64,000 nucleotides of DNA from Actinomycetota bacterium. GTDB lineage: Bacteria; Actinomycetota; Actinomycetes; Nanopelagicales; Nanopelagicaceae. The translations under genes and the position numbers were made by a program. Positions 50,295 to 58,977 of the stretch are shown here, in pieces. Where the stretch lies: assembly GCA_041161815.1 (NCBI GenBank), contig JBEATV010000002.1:2622-66621 (forward strand), in the 5' to 3' direction. Position 1 is the first letter of the stretch; every line of letters begins with the position of its first letter. The notes under the pieces were generated by a model, which had not been told where the DNA came from, did not search any database, and was given only the letters and a program-made list of their open reading frames with translations.

Positions 50295-50921
50295 ATGATG
50301 CCGATGAGTACCAACGACAAATTGGATAATCGCGCACGACTTCCGCGTGACGAGCGGCGAGCCCTTTTACTCTCAGCTGCCTTAGAGGTGTTCACAGTCT
50401 CTGGTTTTCACTCAGCCTCCATGGATGAAATCGCAGATCGAGCCAATGTCAGCAAGCCCGTTCTCTACCAGCACTTTCCATCGAAGTTAGATCTTTATCT
50501 TGCTGTTCTTGACCTCCATATCGACTCTCTAGTTTTCGATTTACAGAAAGCAATTGCTTCCACCAAAGAGAACAAGAATCGTGTGAAAGCCACTGTCGAT
50601 GCATATTTTGGCTTTATCGACGCTGAAGGTGGCGCATTTAGATTGCTCTTCGAAAGCGATATGAGCGTTGAACCCCAGGTCCGTGAACGTCTCAACCGCA
50701 TGACATATGACTGTGCGGTTGCCGTGAGCGCGGTAATCTCGCTCGACACAGGATTTCCCAAAGAAGAGTCGATGATGTTGGCTATTGGCTTGATTGGCTG
50801 CGCCCAGATTACGGCGCGCCATTGGTTGGAGAAAGAAGGAAAGATTGATCGCAAGAAAGCAGCTGCCCTTGTGACAAACCTGCTCTGGCGTGGAATCTCA
50901 GGGTTTCCCCTTCAGAACTAG
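50295..50921 (+). CDS. TetR-family transcriptional regulator
   Basis: The N-terminal HTH is LLSAALEVFTVSGFHSASMDEIADRANVSKPVLYQHFPSK. Confidence 0.85.
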   Translation: MMPMSTNDKLDNRARLPRDERRALLLSAALEVFTVSGFHSASMDEIADRANVSKPVLYQHFPSKLDLYLAVLDLHIDSLVFDLQKAIASTKENKNRVKATVDAYFGFIDAEGGAFRLLFESDMSVEPQVRERLNRMTYDCAVAVSAVISLDTGFPKEESMMLAIGLIGCAQITARHWLEKEGKIDRKKAAALVTNLLWRGISGFPLQN

Positions 50922-50971
50922 TACCCGTGCTTGCAAATGCGGGATTCGACAGAAATCTTTAGGATACGAAC

Positions 50972-51241
50972 ATGACGACAAAAAAGAGCGCTGCTGGCAA
51001 AGCTGATGTTGCCAAATCCGAAGTTCGAATCTCAGTTGCAGATCAGGTTCGCGAACTTACTATCGAAACCGCATCTGACCGCGAAGAGGTAGTTGGGCTC
51101 GTAAAAAAAGCTCTGAGTTCATCTGAGCCTCTAGTTCTTACTGATACTCGCGGTCGCCAATTTGTAGTACCCGCAAACAAGATTGGTTCAGTAGAGATCG
51201 GCGATATCTCAGAACGTCGCGTTGGTTTTGCCGGCGCGTAA
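50972..51241 (+). CDS. DUF3107 domain-containing protein
   Basis: 89 aa with VRISVADQVRELTIETASDREEVVGLVKKAL...LVLTDTRGRQFVVPANKIGSVEIG. It follows a TetR gene, like the mycobacterial TB9.4 homolog. Confidence 0.7.
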   Translation: MTTKKSAAGKADVAKSEVRISVADQVRELTIETASDREEVVGLVKKALSSSEPLVLTDTRGRQFVVPANKIGSVEIGDISERRVGFAGA

Positions 51242-51251
51242 AAACGCGCGG

Positions 51252-51962
51252 TTAAATCAGTTCTAGTTTCTCCAAAAGCGTGTAGGTAATTTCGCGGTAA
51301 TCCGCTGCTACTGCGCTCTGATTGTGCAGAGATAAGACCGATTTGCCAGAGAGTTGAGATTCAAAGACGAGACGATCGGATCTGATGACGGGCTCGAGTA
51401 CTTCAAAATCTTGAGTTAATTGTTCGAAGATTTCTGGAGCTAGAGCGCCGTTCTGCAAAGTGACCATAAGTAGCGGTTGGGAAGTAAAACCAGACTCGAC
51501 GGCGAAATTTTTGGCATGTAGTGCGCCCCTGATGGAGAGGATCTCCTCTGTGGTTGGGATGAGAATTAAGTCAGCCAGGCCAGCCAGATAAGTCATGAGG
51601 CGATTTGGTCCTGTCGCAGTATCAATGATGACGAGTTCGTAGTCACAGAGCGCTTCACGGAGGTCCTCAATAGTCATTGCTGTATCAATATCGATTGAGC
51701 TCAGTCGACTTGCTGATGGAAGTAAGGCGAATCTCTCACCAGTGCGAAGTGTGACTGATTCTAGAGATAGCTCCTTCGCAAGGAACTCTTTCGTACTTGC
51801 GCGTGGATTTTCCACTCCGCAGATAAATGTTGTGGCAGATACAGGATCTGCATCGATCAATAGTGTTTTCTTACCGTACTCAGTTGCAGCGACTGAAATT
51901 GCGTGTGCGCTCGTCGACTTTCCAACTCCGCCAGCTGTATTTGCAATAACAATGCACTTCAT
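51252..51962 (-). CDS. ParA/Soj-like P-loop ATPase (orphan)
   Basis: The Walker A motif is IVIANTAGGVGKSTSAHAISVA, followed by LLIDADP. The N-terminal signature lysine of the deviant Walker A (KGG) is replaced (TAGG). Confidence 0.75.
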   Translation of the reverse strand: MKCIVIANTAGGVGKSTSAHAISVAATEYGKKTLLIDADPVSATTFICGVENPRASTKEFLAKELSLESVTLRTGERFALLPSASRLSSIDIDTAMTIEDLREALCDYELVIIDTATGPNRLMTYLAGLADLILIPTTEEILSIRGALHAKNFAVESGFTSQPLLMVTLQNGALAPEIFEQLTQDFEVLEPVIRSDRLVFESQLSGKSVLSLHNQSAVAADYREITYTLLEKLELI

Positions 51963-52741
51963 GATGCTTCACTGATTCGTGTACGGGCTGCTTTCATCTG
52001 GGGAGTTTCTCGAAATGATTTTGGCAGCACCATCAGTGCTGAGCGAGTGGTCTTGAGAGCTACATCTGTTGCGCTCTGGTGCCCCGGAAGAGTCGGCCAG
52101 CCGTAAAGTTTTCTCGCCCAGTGTGGAAGCGCCGCGCCAGCCAGTGATGTCATTCCACTCCAGAGTGGAGCGATAGGAGTTCCGAAACGTAGAAGTGGTG
52201 GCAACGGAGGTAGCGCAATAAAGAGGGCTGCTCGCTTTGCATCATCACTTGCTGAAAGTTCAGACATAATTTCTGAGAAGTAATTGTGCATCTCAATTAC
52301 TGAACGGGGCACTCGCTTTTCTTCTATTCCTACGAGAGTGGCAAAAGTGAGCATCTCATCAACATAAGTATCTTGTTCAACTGACGTAAGGCTCATACCC
52401 GATCTCACTGCGGTATCCAAGAATGCGTCAACCATTGCCATGTGCACCCAGAGCAGAAGTTTCTGATCATCAAGCTTGAGCATCGCATGCACTTTTCTTA
52501 CGCGCGCCGCGAGTTTCTCGGCCTCTTCTTGGGTACCGAAAGTCAGAGTGCCGACATAGTCGCCTGTTCGTTGCAGTCGCCCCCATGCATCTTCTCTGAA
52601 ATTTGAATGTGCAGCGACTCCTGCCATGGCATCAGGATGGAGAGCCTGTTCAAGAAGAGCGCGAATTCCACCAACAAACATCGAAGTGTCTGAGTGAATC
52701 CGCCAGGTCACACTCCCGGGCGAGTAGAAACCGGTGCTCAT
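51959..52741 (-). CDS. DUF2236 (MpaB/rubber-oxygenase-like) family protein
   Basis: GSVTWRIHSDTSMFVGGIRALLEQALHPDAMAGVAAHSNF is typical of DUF2236. It shows start/stop overlaps with both neighbouring genes. Confidence 0.7.
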   Translation of the reverse strand: MSTGFYSPGSVTWRIHSDTSMFVGGIRALLEQALHPDAMAGVAAHSNFREDAWGRLQRTGDYVGTLTFGTQEEAEKLAARVRKVHAMLKLDDQKLLLWVHMAMVDAFLDTAVRSGMSLTSVEQDTYVDEMLTFATLVGIEEKRVPRSVIEMHNYFSEIMSELSASDDAKRAALFIALPPLPPLLRFGTPIAPLWSGMTSLAGAALPHWARKLYGWPTLPGHQSATDVALKTTRSALMVLPKSFRETPQMKAARTRISEAS

Positions 52742-53349
52742 GCCGAGAAGAGTTCTTTGATGCCTGTCATCAACATCTCAAATGCAATGGCAGCGGTCAA
52801 TAGTCCTGCCACTTTTGCCAACAACATAACGCCAGATTCCTTAATGATAGAAACGACGTGAGTTGAGAACATCAAAGTCAGTCCAATGATGATGTGCGCA
52901 CCAACGACAGCCAGAGCGAGCGCAAGAGTCATCGATGAACTATCGACATCCTGGGCAAAGAGCATGATGGTGACGATGGCACCAGGGCCAGCTAGAAGTG
53001 GGGTTCCAAGTGGAACAAGCGCAAGATTTTTCTGGATATCTTCATCTGTGCGATTGTCGTGGCCCTTCAATAAGTCGAGCGAGACAAGAAGCAGCAGCAG
53101 ACCGCCAGCACCTTGGAGAGCTGGCATCGAAATATCGAGATAGCTAACAATAAATTGGCCGAAAAGTGCGAAAAGTGTGATGACAAAGAGCGATGTTCCT
53201 GCCGCTTGCCATGCAAGCAAAGTTCTCTGTGCCCGTGTTCGGTTTCCTAATACTCCAAGGAAGATTGGTGTTGCTCCAGGAGGATCAAGAATGACGAGCA
53301 GAGTGACAAAAGCCTGAAGCCCAAATGTGATTGTGCTGATATCGCTCAT
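52738..53349 (-). CDS. MarC-family (UPF0056) integral membrane protein
   Basis: 203 aa with six TM helices and an ILDPPGATPIFL motif near the N-terminus. Confidence 0.8.
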   Translation of the reverse strand: MSDISTITFGLQAFVTLLVILDPPGATPIFLGVLGNRTRAQRTLLAWQAAGTSLFVITLFALFGQFIVSYLDISMPALQGAGGLLLLLVSLDLLKGHDNRTDEDIQKNLALVPLGTPLLAGPGAIVTIMLFAQDVDSSSMTLALALAVVGAHIIIGLTLMFSTHVVSIIKESGVMLLAKVAGLLTAAIAFEMLMTGIKELFSA

Positions 53350-54209
53350 CTTTGTACCACTCTCCTATTCGTTGCTCGCGCTTCTAGAGCCTCCCATTGT
53401 CGTGGATGAGTGGTGTATTCCGCCAATTGATTAAGTTTTCCAGTACCGTGATAATCGCTTGAACCGGTAATAATGAGATCTCTCTCAATCGCAAGTCGTA
53501 GAAGTTCGCTCTTCTCAATTTCTGAGTGATCTCTATGGTCGACTTCAACTCCATCGAGTCCTGCAGCGATCAATTGATCGAAGAGATCCATACTGATGGT
53601 GCGCCCTCGTTGGGATGCGAGTGGGTGAGCGATAACCGCTACGCCCCCAGCAGCTTTGATGAGCTTGATGGCATCTACCGGTGATGGTGAATAGTGATTG
53701 ATGTAGTACTTCGATTTATTATGTAATAACGCCGCAAATGCTTCTTCGCGTGAAGCGACATGACCACGTGCTACTAGGGCATCGGCAAGATGTGGCCTGC
53801 CCAATGTTGCATCGCCCTTACGTTGGGCATGCACTTCTTCGATTGTTATGTCGATGCCTGCTTCATTCAATCTCGCCACGATCTTCTCCATGCGAGATAG
53901 TCGATTCTCCCGCGTCTTATCTAACTCTTCGATCAATGGCGTAAAGGTTGGATCAAAGAGCAATCCGAGCATGTGAATGCTGATTCCATTTTCATCTTGG
54001 CATGAAATCTCTGAACCAAGAACGAGTTGCATCTGTGATTGAGATGGGTGATGTAAAAGCGCTTGTGTGGCTTCCTCCCAACCACGAGTCGTATCGTGAT
54101 CTGTGAGCGCAATGACATCTAAACCTTTGTTGATTGCCTTATCGATGAGTTGGGCTGGTGTATCAGTCCCATCACTTGCGTTCGAATGCGTATGTAAATC
54201 AATCAACAT
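53346..54209 (-). CDS. PHP-domain metal-dependent phosphoesterase (TrpH/YciV-like)
   Basis: I take the start at the ATG at 54209 (MLIDLHTHSNASDGT). ALTDHDT and AHP motifs are also present. The longer track ORF overlaps the EamA gene and is rejected. Confidence 0.8.
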   Translation of the reverse strand: MLIDLHTHSNASDGTDTPAQLIDKAINKGLDVIALTDHDTTRGWEEATQALLHHPSQSQMQLVLGSEISCQDENGISIHMLGLLFDPTFTPLIEELDKTRENRLSRMEKIVARLNEAGIDITIEEVHAQRKGDATLGRPHLADALVARGHVASREEAFAALLHNKSKYYINHYSPSPVDAIKLIKAAGGVAVIAHPLASQRGRTISMDLFDQLIAAGLDGVEVDHRDHSEIEKSELLRLAIERDLIITGSSDYHGTGKLNQLAEYTTHPRQWEALEARATNRRVVQR

Positions 54210-54219
54210 ATGAGCAAGG

Positions 54220-55116
54220 TTACCGCTTATCGGCTGACTTGCTCCGCAGAACGAAGATCCCACAACCAATGAGTAAAAGTACAAGTCCAGGAATAGTTCC
54301 GGTAGGAGGCAATTGATCAAGCCACCAATACGCAAGAATGGCACTGACGGGAACTTCGAAGAAGACAATGAGAGAAACAATGGCAGGAGAAACTCTCTTG
54401 AGAGCGAAATTAAACATAGTATGTCCAAGAATCTGCGCACCAGCGATAAGCGCAAGAAGTAGCCACCACTCTCGAGCAGGGAATCCCCAGACTTGTGAAT
54501 TCGAAACAAGTGCAATAGGAAGCGCAGTCATTGCACAAACGAGATAACAGATCGTGGTGTAAGTAGATGTAGAGAGAGTTCTTTGGGCTTGAGAACCGAG
54601 CATGACATAGAGGGCAGCAAGTGCAGCACAGGCTATGGCGGCCAAGTCTCCCAAGAACGCTCGCTGTGAAATTTGAAAATCAACGCCGGTAATTACTAAG
54701 ACACCAACGAAACTAATAATCATTCCCGTCCACGCCCTACGTGGAATGTGTCCTCCAAGTCTCTTTACAAAATATGCGGCAAATATCGGTTGTAGCGCTG
54801 TTAACGCTGTTCCAGCCGCAACTGAGGTATATCTCATCGCAATGAAAAATCCGATGAAGTGAAATGCCAGAGCAATTCCAGCGAGCGTTGACCAGAGAAC
54901 TCCTTGCCGATTTTCAGGTTTGAGCCACTCACGATTCTTGAGTGCAAATGGCATCATTAAGAGGGCGCCACCAAGGTTTCGCCAAAAAATGAGAGCCAAG
55001 ATCGGCATAACGCTCAAGGCAATGACGGGTCCTGATGTTCCAATTCCGATGACTCCCAAAATCAACAATGGGATATCTCGCCCCGTAGGCATCTGCGTAT
55101 GGTCTTGGTCGCGCAC
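54220..55116 (-). CDS. EamA/DMT-superfamily transporter
   Basis: 298 aa with ten hydrophobic helices arranged as two EamA repeats. Confidence 0.8.
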   Translation of the reverse strand: MRDQDHTQMPTGRDIPLLILGVIGIGTSGPVIALSVMPILALIFWRNLGGALLMMPFALKNREWLKPENRQGVLWSTLAGIALAFHFIGFFIAMRYTSVAAGTALTALQPIFAAYFVKRLGGHIPRRAWTGMIISFVGVLVITGVDFQISQRAFLGDLAAIACAALAALYVMLGSQAQRTLSTSTYTTICYLVCAMTALPIALVSNSQVWGFPAREWWLLLALIAGAQILGHTMFNFALKRVSPAIVSLIVFFEVPVSAILAYWWLDQLPPTGTIPGLVLLLIGCGIFVLRSKSADKR

Positions 55117-55161
55117 GGCACCAACCTACTATCGGATAGCCTTAGAACATGGAGGTACCTG

Positions 55162-56403
55162 ATGCGCACAGCAGAACTCACTCGAATCTTTCTGGCAAAG
55201 CTGGCCGGTACTCCTGTATTTGATCCCAACGGGGATCGTGTAGGCAAAGTTCGCGATGCAGTTGCATCGGTTCGCCACGATAAATTAGCGCCACGAGTTC
55301 TTGGCTTTATTGTCGAAGTCCCTCAGCGACGGAAGATCTTCATTCCCATTACTCGGGTGACCTCTATCGATGATGGTGGGGTTTTCATAACAGGATCTCT
55401 CAATATCCGGCGTTACCAACAGCGCCATGGCGAAATGCAATTACTTGCAGAATTGCTTGATCACTCGACTCATCTGAGCGAAAGTGGTGAGCGCGTTGTT
55501 ATTGAAGATATCGGTATAGAGCTAAGTGAAAACAAAGATTGGCACGCTCAATACATCCATGTCTTGAAAAAGGCGCGAACACTCCGTCGTGGCACAAGCA
55601 CAACCGTCAAATGGAATGATGTCGACCTCGAGGCGCCATCGCACACAGTAAATCTTGCCGGCGTTGAAGATGACATCAATCAACTTCCAGCCCAGGATGT
55701 AGCAGCCGCGCTTCACGAACTCGATATGGAACAACAAACCGAGATTGCCCGGACTATGGATGATGAGAAACTCGCAGATGTTCTTGAGGAGATGGATGAT
55801 GCCGATCGCGTCGCTCTGGTGACCCAACTCGAAGGCGAACTTGTCGCCGATGTTCTTAGCGAGATGGCCCCAGACGATGCTGCTGACGTACTGCGCGAAG
55901 TTGGCACAGAGAAAGCTGAATCACTTCTGAGTCTCATGGAAGTTGAAGAAGCTCAGGATGTCCGTCGTTTGATGGAATATGAAGATTTCTCCGCCGGTGG
56001 AATGATGACAACAGATCCCGTTATTTTGGCGGTGGATTCAACGGTTGCTGAAGCGCTTGCGGCGGTACGACAGAAAGATCTTGCACCTGCGTCAGCTGCT
56101 CAAGTCTTTGTGTGTCGCGCTCCCCTTGAGACCCCAACCGGAAGATTAGTTGGTGTGATACATATGCAGCGTTTACTCCGTGAACCGCCCGCATTAAGCC
56201 TGGGAATCGTCGCAGATAAAGAGACAAATGCGATCTCACCAGAGACTCCACTGAATGATGTTGTGAAACATCTTGCTAATTACAACTTGATTGCCGCACC
56301 CGTTGTCGACGAACATGAAAGATTATTAGGAGCAGTCACTGTTGATGATGTGCTTGACCACTTGTTGCCAGCAAACTGGCGCAATACAGATCGGGAGGCA
56401 TAG
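55162..56403 (+). CDS. soluble MgtE-N / CBS-pair domain protein with an N-terminal PRC-barrel-like segment (no transporter domain)
   Basis: The ATG at 55162 is preceded by GGAGG. It has an acidic MgtE-N helical region (DDEKLADVLEEMDDADRV) followed by CBS pairs. No TM helices are present. Confidence 0.75.
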   Translation: MRTAELTRIFLAKLAGTPVFDPNGDRVGKVRDAVASVRHDKLAPRVLGFIVEVPQRRKIFIPITRVTSIDDGGVFITGSLNIRRYQQRHGEMQLLAELLDHSTHLSESGERVVIEDIGIELSENKDWHAQYIHVLKKARTLRRGTSTTVKWNDVDLEAPSHTVNLAGVEDDINQLPAQDVAAALHELDMEQQTEIARTMDDEKLADVLEEMDDADRVALVTQLEGELVADVLSEMAPDDAADVLREVGTEKAESLLSLMEVEEAQDVRRLMEYEDFSAGGMMTTDPVILAVDSTVAEALAAVRQKDLAPASAAQVFVCRAPLETPTGRLVGVIHMQRLLREPPALSLGIVADKETNAISPETPLNDVVKHLANYNLIAAPVVDEHERLLGAVTVDDVLDHLLPANWRNTDREA

Positions 56404-56405
56404 AG

Positions 56406-56867
56406 ATGGCTCGCTCGTCGCGTCTGGAAATTCCACGTGAATCTCGTCGTTCCCTGCACCCAAGTTACGATCCAGAGACCTTTGGTCGCATCGCTGAAAG
56501 ATTCGCTCGCTTTATCGGAACCGCAAAGTTCCTTGTCTACATGACTTTTTTTGTTGCCTCATGGGTAACGTGGAACTCTTTGGGACCAACTCACTTACGT
56601 TTTGATGAATACCCATTTATCTTCTTGACGTTGTTGCTTTCTCTCCAAGCTTCCTACGCCGCACCCTTGATTCTCTTGGCTCAAAATCGCCAAGCAGATC
56701 GCGATCGCGTCACCTCTCAGGAAGATCGAGCGCGAGATGAGCGAAATCTTGCGGTGACTGAATTTATGGTCCGCGAGATTGCTGCGATGCGCAAAGAGTT
56801 AATTGCTGAGATTAAAGAGTTGATGCAGGAGAAATCAGGTACTGACCCCAAGCCTGACGCCAAGTAA
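56406..56867 (+). CDS. DUF1003 membrane protein
   Basis: It has two TM helices followed by LLAQNRQADRDR and a coiled C-terminus. This gene is conserved as the partner of the preceding gene in actinobacteria. The 3' end overlaps the convergent mrp gene by 33 nt. Confidence 0.7.
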   Translation: MARSSRLEIPRESRRSLHPSYDPETFGRIAERFARFIGTAKFLVYMTFFVASWVTWNSLGPTHLRFDEYPFIFLTLLLSLQASYAAPLILLAQNRQADRDRVTSQEDRARDERNLAVTEFMVREIAAMRKELIAEIKELMQEKSGTDPKPDAK

Positions 56868-57962
56868 GGATTTCTTTCGCGGCGCAAGTTGATCAACAAT
56901 CGCAAGGAACTGTTGAGCAGCTGGCGAATCTGGATTGCGCCATACGATTGGTTTTCCTTCGTCTCCACCTTCGCGTAACTCAATCTCAAAAGGAATCTCA
57001 CCCACAAGTGGGACATCGGCTCCCACGAGCGTGCTGAGTCTGCGCGCAGTCTCGGCGCCGCCACCTTCTCCAAAAAGTGCAACCTTTGCTCCTGTGGCGG
57101 GATCTACATACGGAGACATGTTCTCAATAACTCCAATGATGTGTTGCTTGAGTTGGTGCGCGATACGCCCAGCGCGTTCTGCAACTTCTGCAGCAGCGAT
57201 TTGTGGCGTAGTCACGACAATGATCTCTGAGGCAGGAATGAGTTGACCAAGTGAAATTGCAATGTCACCCGTGCCTGGCGGAAGATCTAGCAGAAGGAAA
57301 TCTAAATCTCCCCAATAGGCATCGCTGAGAAGTTGTTCGAGCACTCGATGGAGTAATGGGCCGCGATAGGCGACCGGATCTGCGCGATCAGGCTTAAACA
57401 TCTCAATTGAAACGACCTTAATGCCATTTACTTCGATAGGGATAAATGTCTGATCAATTGCCGTCGGTCTCTGTCCTTCTATTCCAAGAAGTCGCGGAAT
57501 TGAATGGCCATAAACATCTGCATCAAGGACTCCGACTTTGAAACCTTTGGTAGCCAGCGCAGCTGCGAGATTGACGGTGGCGGAGGATTTTCCGACTCCA
57601 CCTTTGCCAGAGGAGATTCCCCATACACGAGTCAATGAGTCGGGTTGGGCAAAAGGGATGAATTTCTCGCGTCCGCCTCGAAGCAATTTCTTGACGTTAT
57701 CGCGCTGTGTTTCATTCATCACGCCAAATTCCAGTGCGACTTCAGTTACTTGCGGAATCTTGCGGATTGCTTCTGTGACATCTTTCTGAAGGCGATCTCT
57801 CATCGGACAACCAGAGATCGTCAGTAGAACTTTGACCGATGCTCTGCCGTTAGCGAATGTAACGCTCTCGACCATGCCTAAATCAGGTAATGGACGATGC
57901 AGTTCTGGATCCGAGACAGTTGCTAGGGCTTGATGGATTAATTCAACGACATCCGAACTCAT
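56835..57962 (-). CDS. mrp: Mrp/ApbC/NBP35-family Fe-S cluster carrier ATPase
   Basis: It has an N-terminal DUF59-like domain, the Walker A motif SSGKGGVGKSS and a CxxC-type region. It is 375 aa. Confidence 0.88.
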   Translation of the reverse strand: MSSDVVELIHQALATVSDPELHRPLPDLGMVESVTFANGRASVKVLLTISGCPMRDRLQKDVTEAIRKIPQVTEVALEFGVMNETQRDNVKKLLRGGREKFIPFAQPDSLTRVWGISSGKGGVGKSSATVNLAAALATKGFKVGVLDADVYGHSIPRLLGIEGQRPTAIDQTFIPIEVNGIKVVSIEMFKPDRADPVAYRGPLLHRVLEQLLSDAYWGDLDFLLLDLPPGTGDIAISLGQLIPASEIIVVTTPQIAAAEVAERAGRIAHQLKQHIIGVIENMSPYVDPATGAKVALFGEGGGAETARRLSTLVGADVPLVGEIPFEIELREGGDEGKPIVWRNPDSPAAQQFLAIVDQLAPRKKSLLGVRLGVST

Positions 57963-58285
57963 AGAAGATCCGGATCAATCTTGGCGACATCTTTGATTTC
58001 TTTGCTCTGACGTTTGACATCGTTGATGACAGGTTTGACATCATCCATCGCATTACCGATGACTTTTTTTGCCAGATTCTTTGGCGTCAAATCGCTCACA
58101 TCGAGATCTTCAAATCCAGGGCCGAGATTCTCTTTCAATTCTCGCGAAGCATAAGAAGTAAAGTTTCGTACCTTATGCAGGAAGCGAGCAAAATCCTTGG
58201 CTGCATTTGGCAATTTGTCGGGACCGACGAGAAATAAACCCAGCACAATGAGGCCGAGGAACTCACCCATTCCGACTCCGAACAT
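57959..58285 (-). CDS. tatB: twin-arginine translocase subunit TatB (TatA/B family)
   Basis: MFGVGMGEFLGLIVLGLFLVGPDKLP is the TatA/B TM-hinge motif. An amphipathic, charged tail follows. Its stop overlaps the mrp start. Confidence 0.75.
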   Translation of the reverse strand: MFGVGMGEFLGLIVLGLFLVGPDKLPNAAKDFARFLHKVRNFTSYASRELKENLGPGFEDLDVSDLTPKNLAKKVIGNAMDDVKPVINDVKRQSKEIKDVAKIDPDLL

Positions 58286-58308
58286 CTGCCTATCCTAGAG
58301 TTTTTGCG

Positions 58309-58977
58309 CTAAACCTTCGTAGCGACCAAGACTCCATCGCCAACTGGCAAGAGCATTGGTAGCCAGAGGTCACTGGACTCTTTGATTACTTTCATCACTT
58401 CTCTATAGGCGATGCTCTCAGGATCGCGCTGAGTTGGGTCTGTGACTTTTCCTGATAACAAAGCTCGATCAATCACCAGAATTCCTCCTGGGCGGAGCGA
58501 TCTGTGGGCGTTCTCTACGCTCTCGAGTAAATCTGTGCTGCGACGCATAATAAAGATGTCATACAGACTATCGGCTAACTTGCCGACAATCTCGCGACTG
58601 TTGCCAGTTATCAGGCGAAATCGTGAAGCGTTGATTCCAGCTTCTTCAAATGCTTGTTTCGCCAACTTGGCATTTTCGACTTCATCATCAATCGATGTGA
58701 GAAGTCCCTTTGGTGACATCGACTGGAAGATCCAGAGTCCACTTACGCCTGCACCAGTTCCAATTTCAACGATAGATGTAGCACCAATGAGGTGAGTGAG
58801 ATAGCGCAGTAGGGAGCCCACTGCTGGAGTGGTGTCATATGTACCAATATCTTCTCCGCGATGTCGAGCGCGTTGGATGATTTCGGTTTCTGGAACGAAG
58901 TTATTTGAAAATGCGCGCATATCTCCGCGCTCGGCAAAGACTCTCTCAGAGAATCCTTTATCGCCGATTTCAGGCAT
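58309..58977 (-). CDS. class I SAM-dependent O-methyltransferase (caffeoyl-CoA OMT-like)
   Basis: It carries VEIGTGAGVSGLW and DIFIMR.. motifs. I take the start at the ATG at 58977, which overlaps the pepA stop (TGATG). Confidence 0.8.
   Translation of the reverse strand: MPEIGDKGFSERVFAERGDMRAFSNNFVPETEIIQRARHRGEDIGTYDTTPAVGSLLRYLTHLIGATSIVEIGTGAGVSGLWIFQSMSPKGLLTSIDDEVENAKLAKQAFEEAGINASRFRLITGNSREIVGKLADSLYDIFIMRRSTDLLESVENAHRSLRPGGILVIDRALLSGKVTDPTQRDPESIAYREVMKVIKESSDLWLPMLLPVGDGVLVATKV

Noticed and set aside
54210-54515. N-terminal extension of the PHP phosphoesterase ORF
   Set aside because: It overlaps the 3' part of the EamA transporter gene in another frame. The PHP domain starts with the canonical MLIDLHTHS at 54209.
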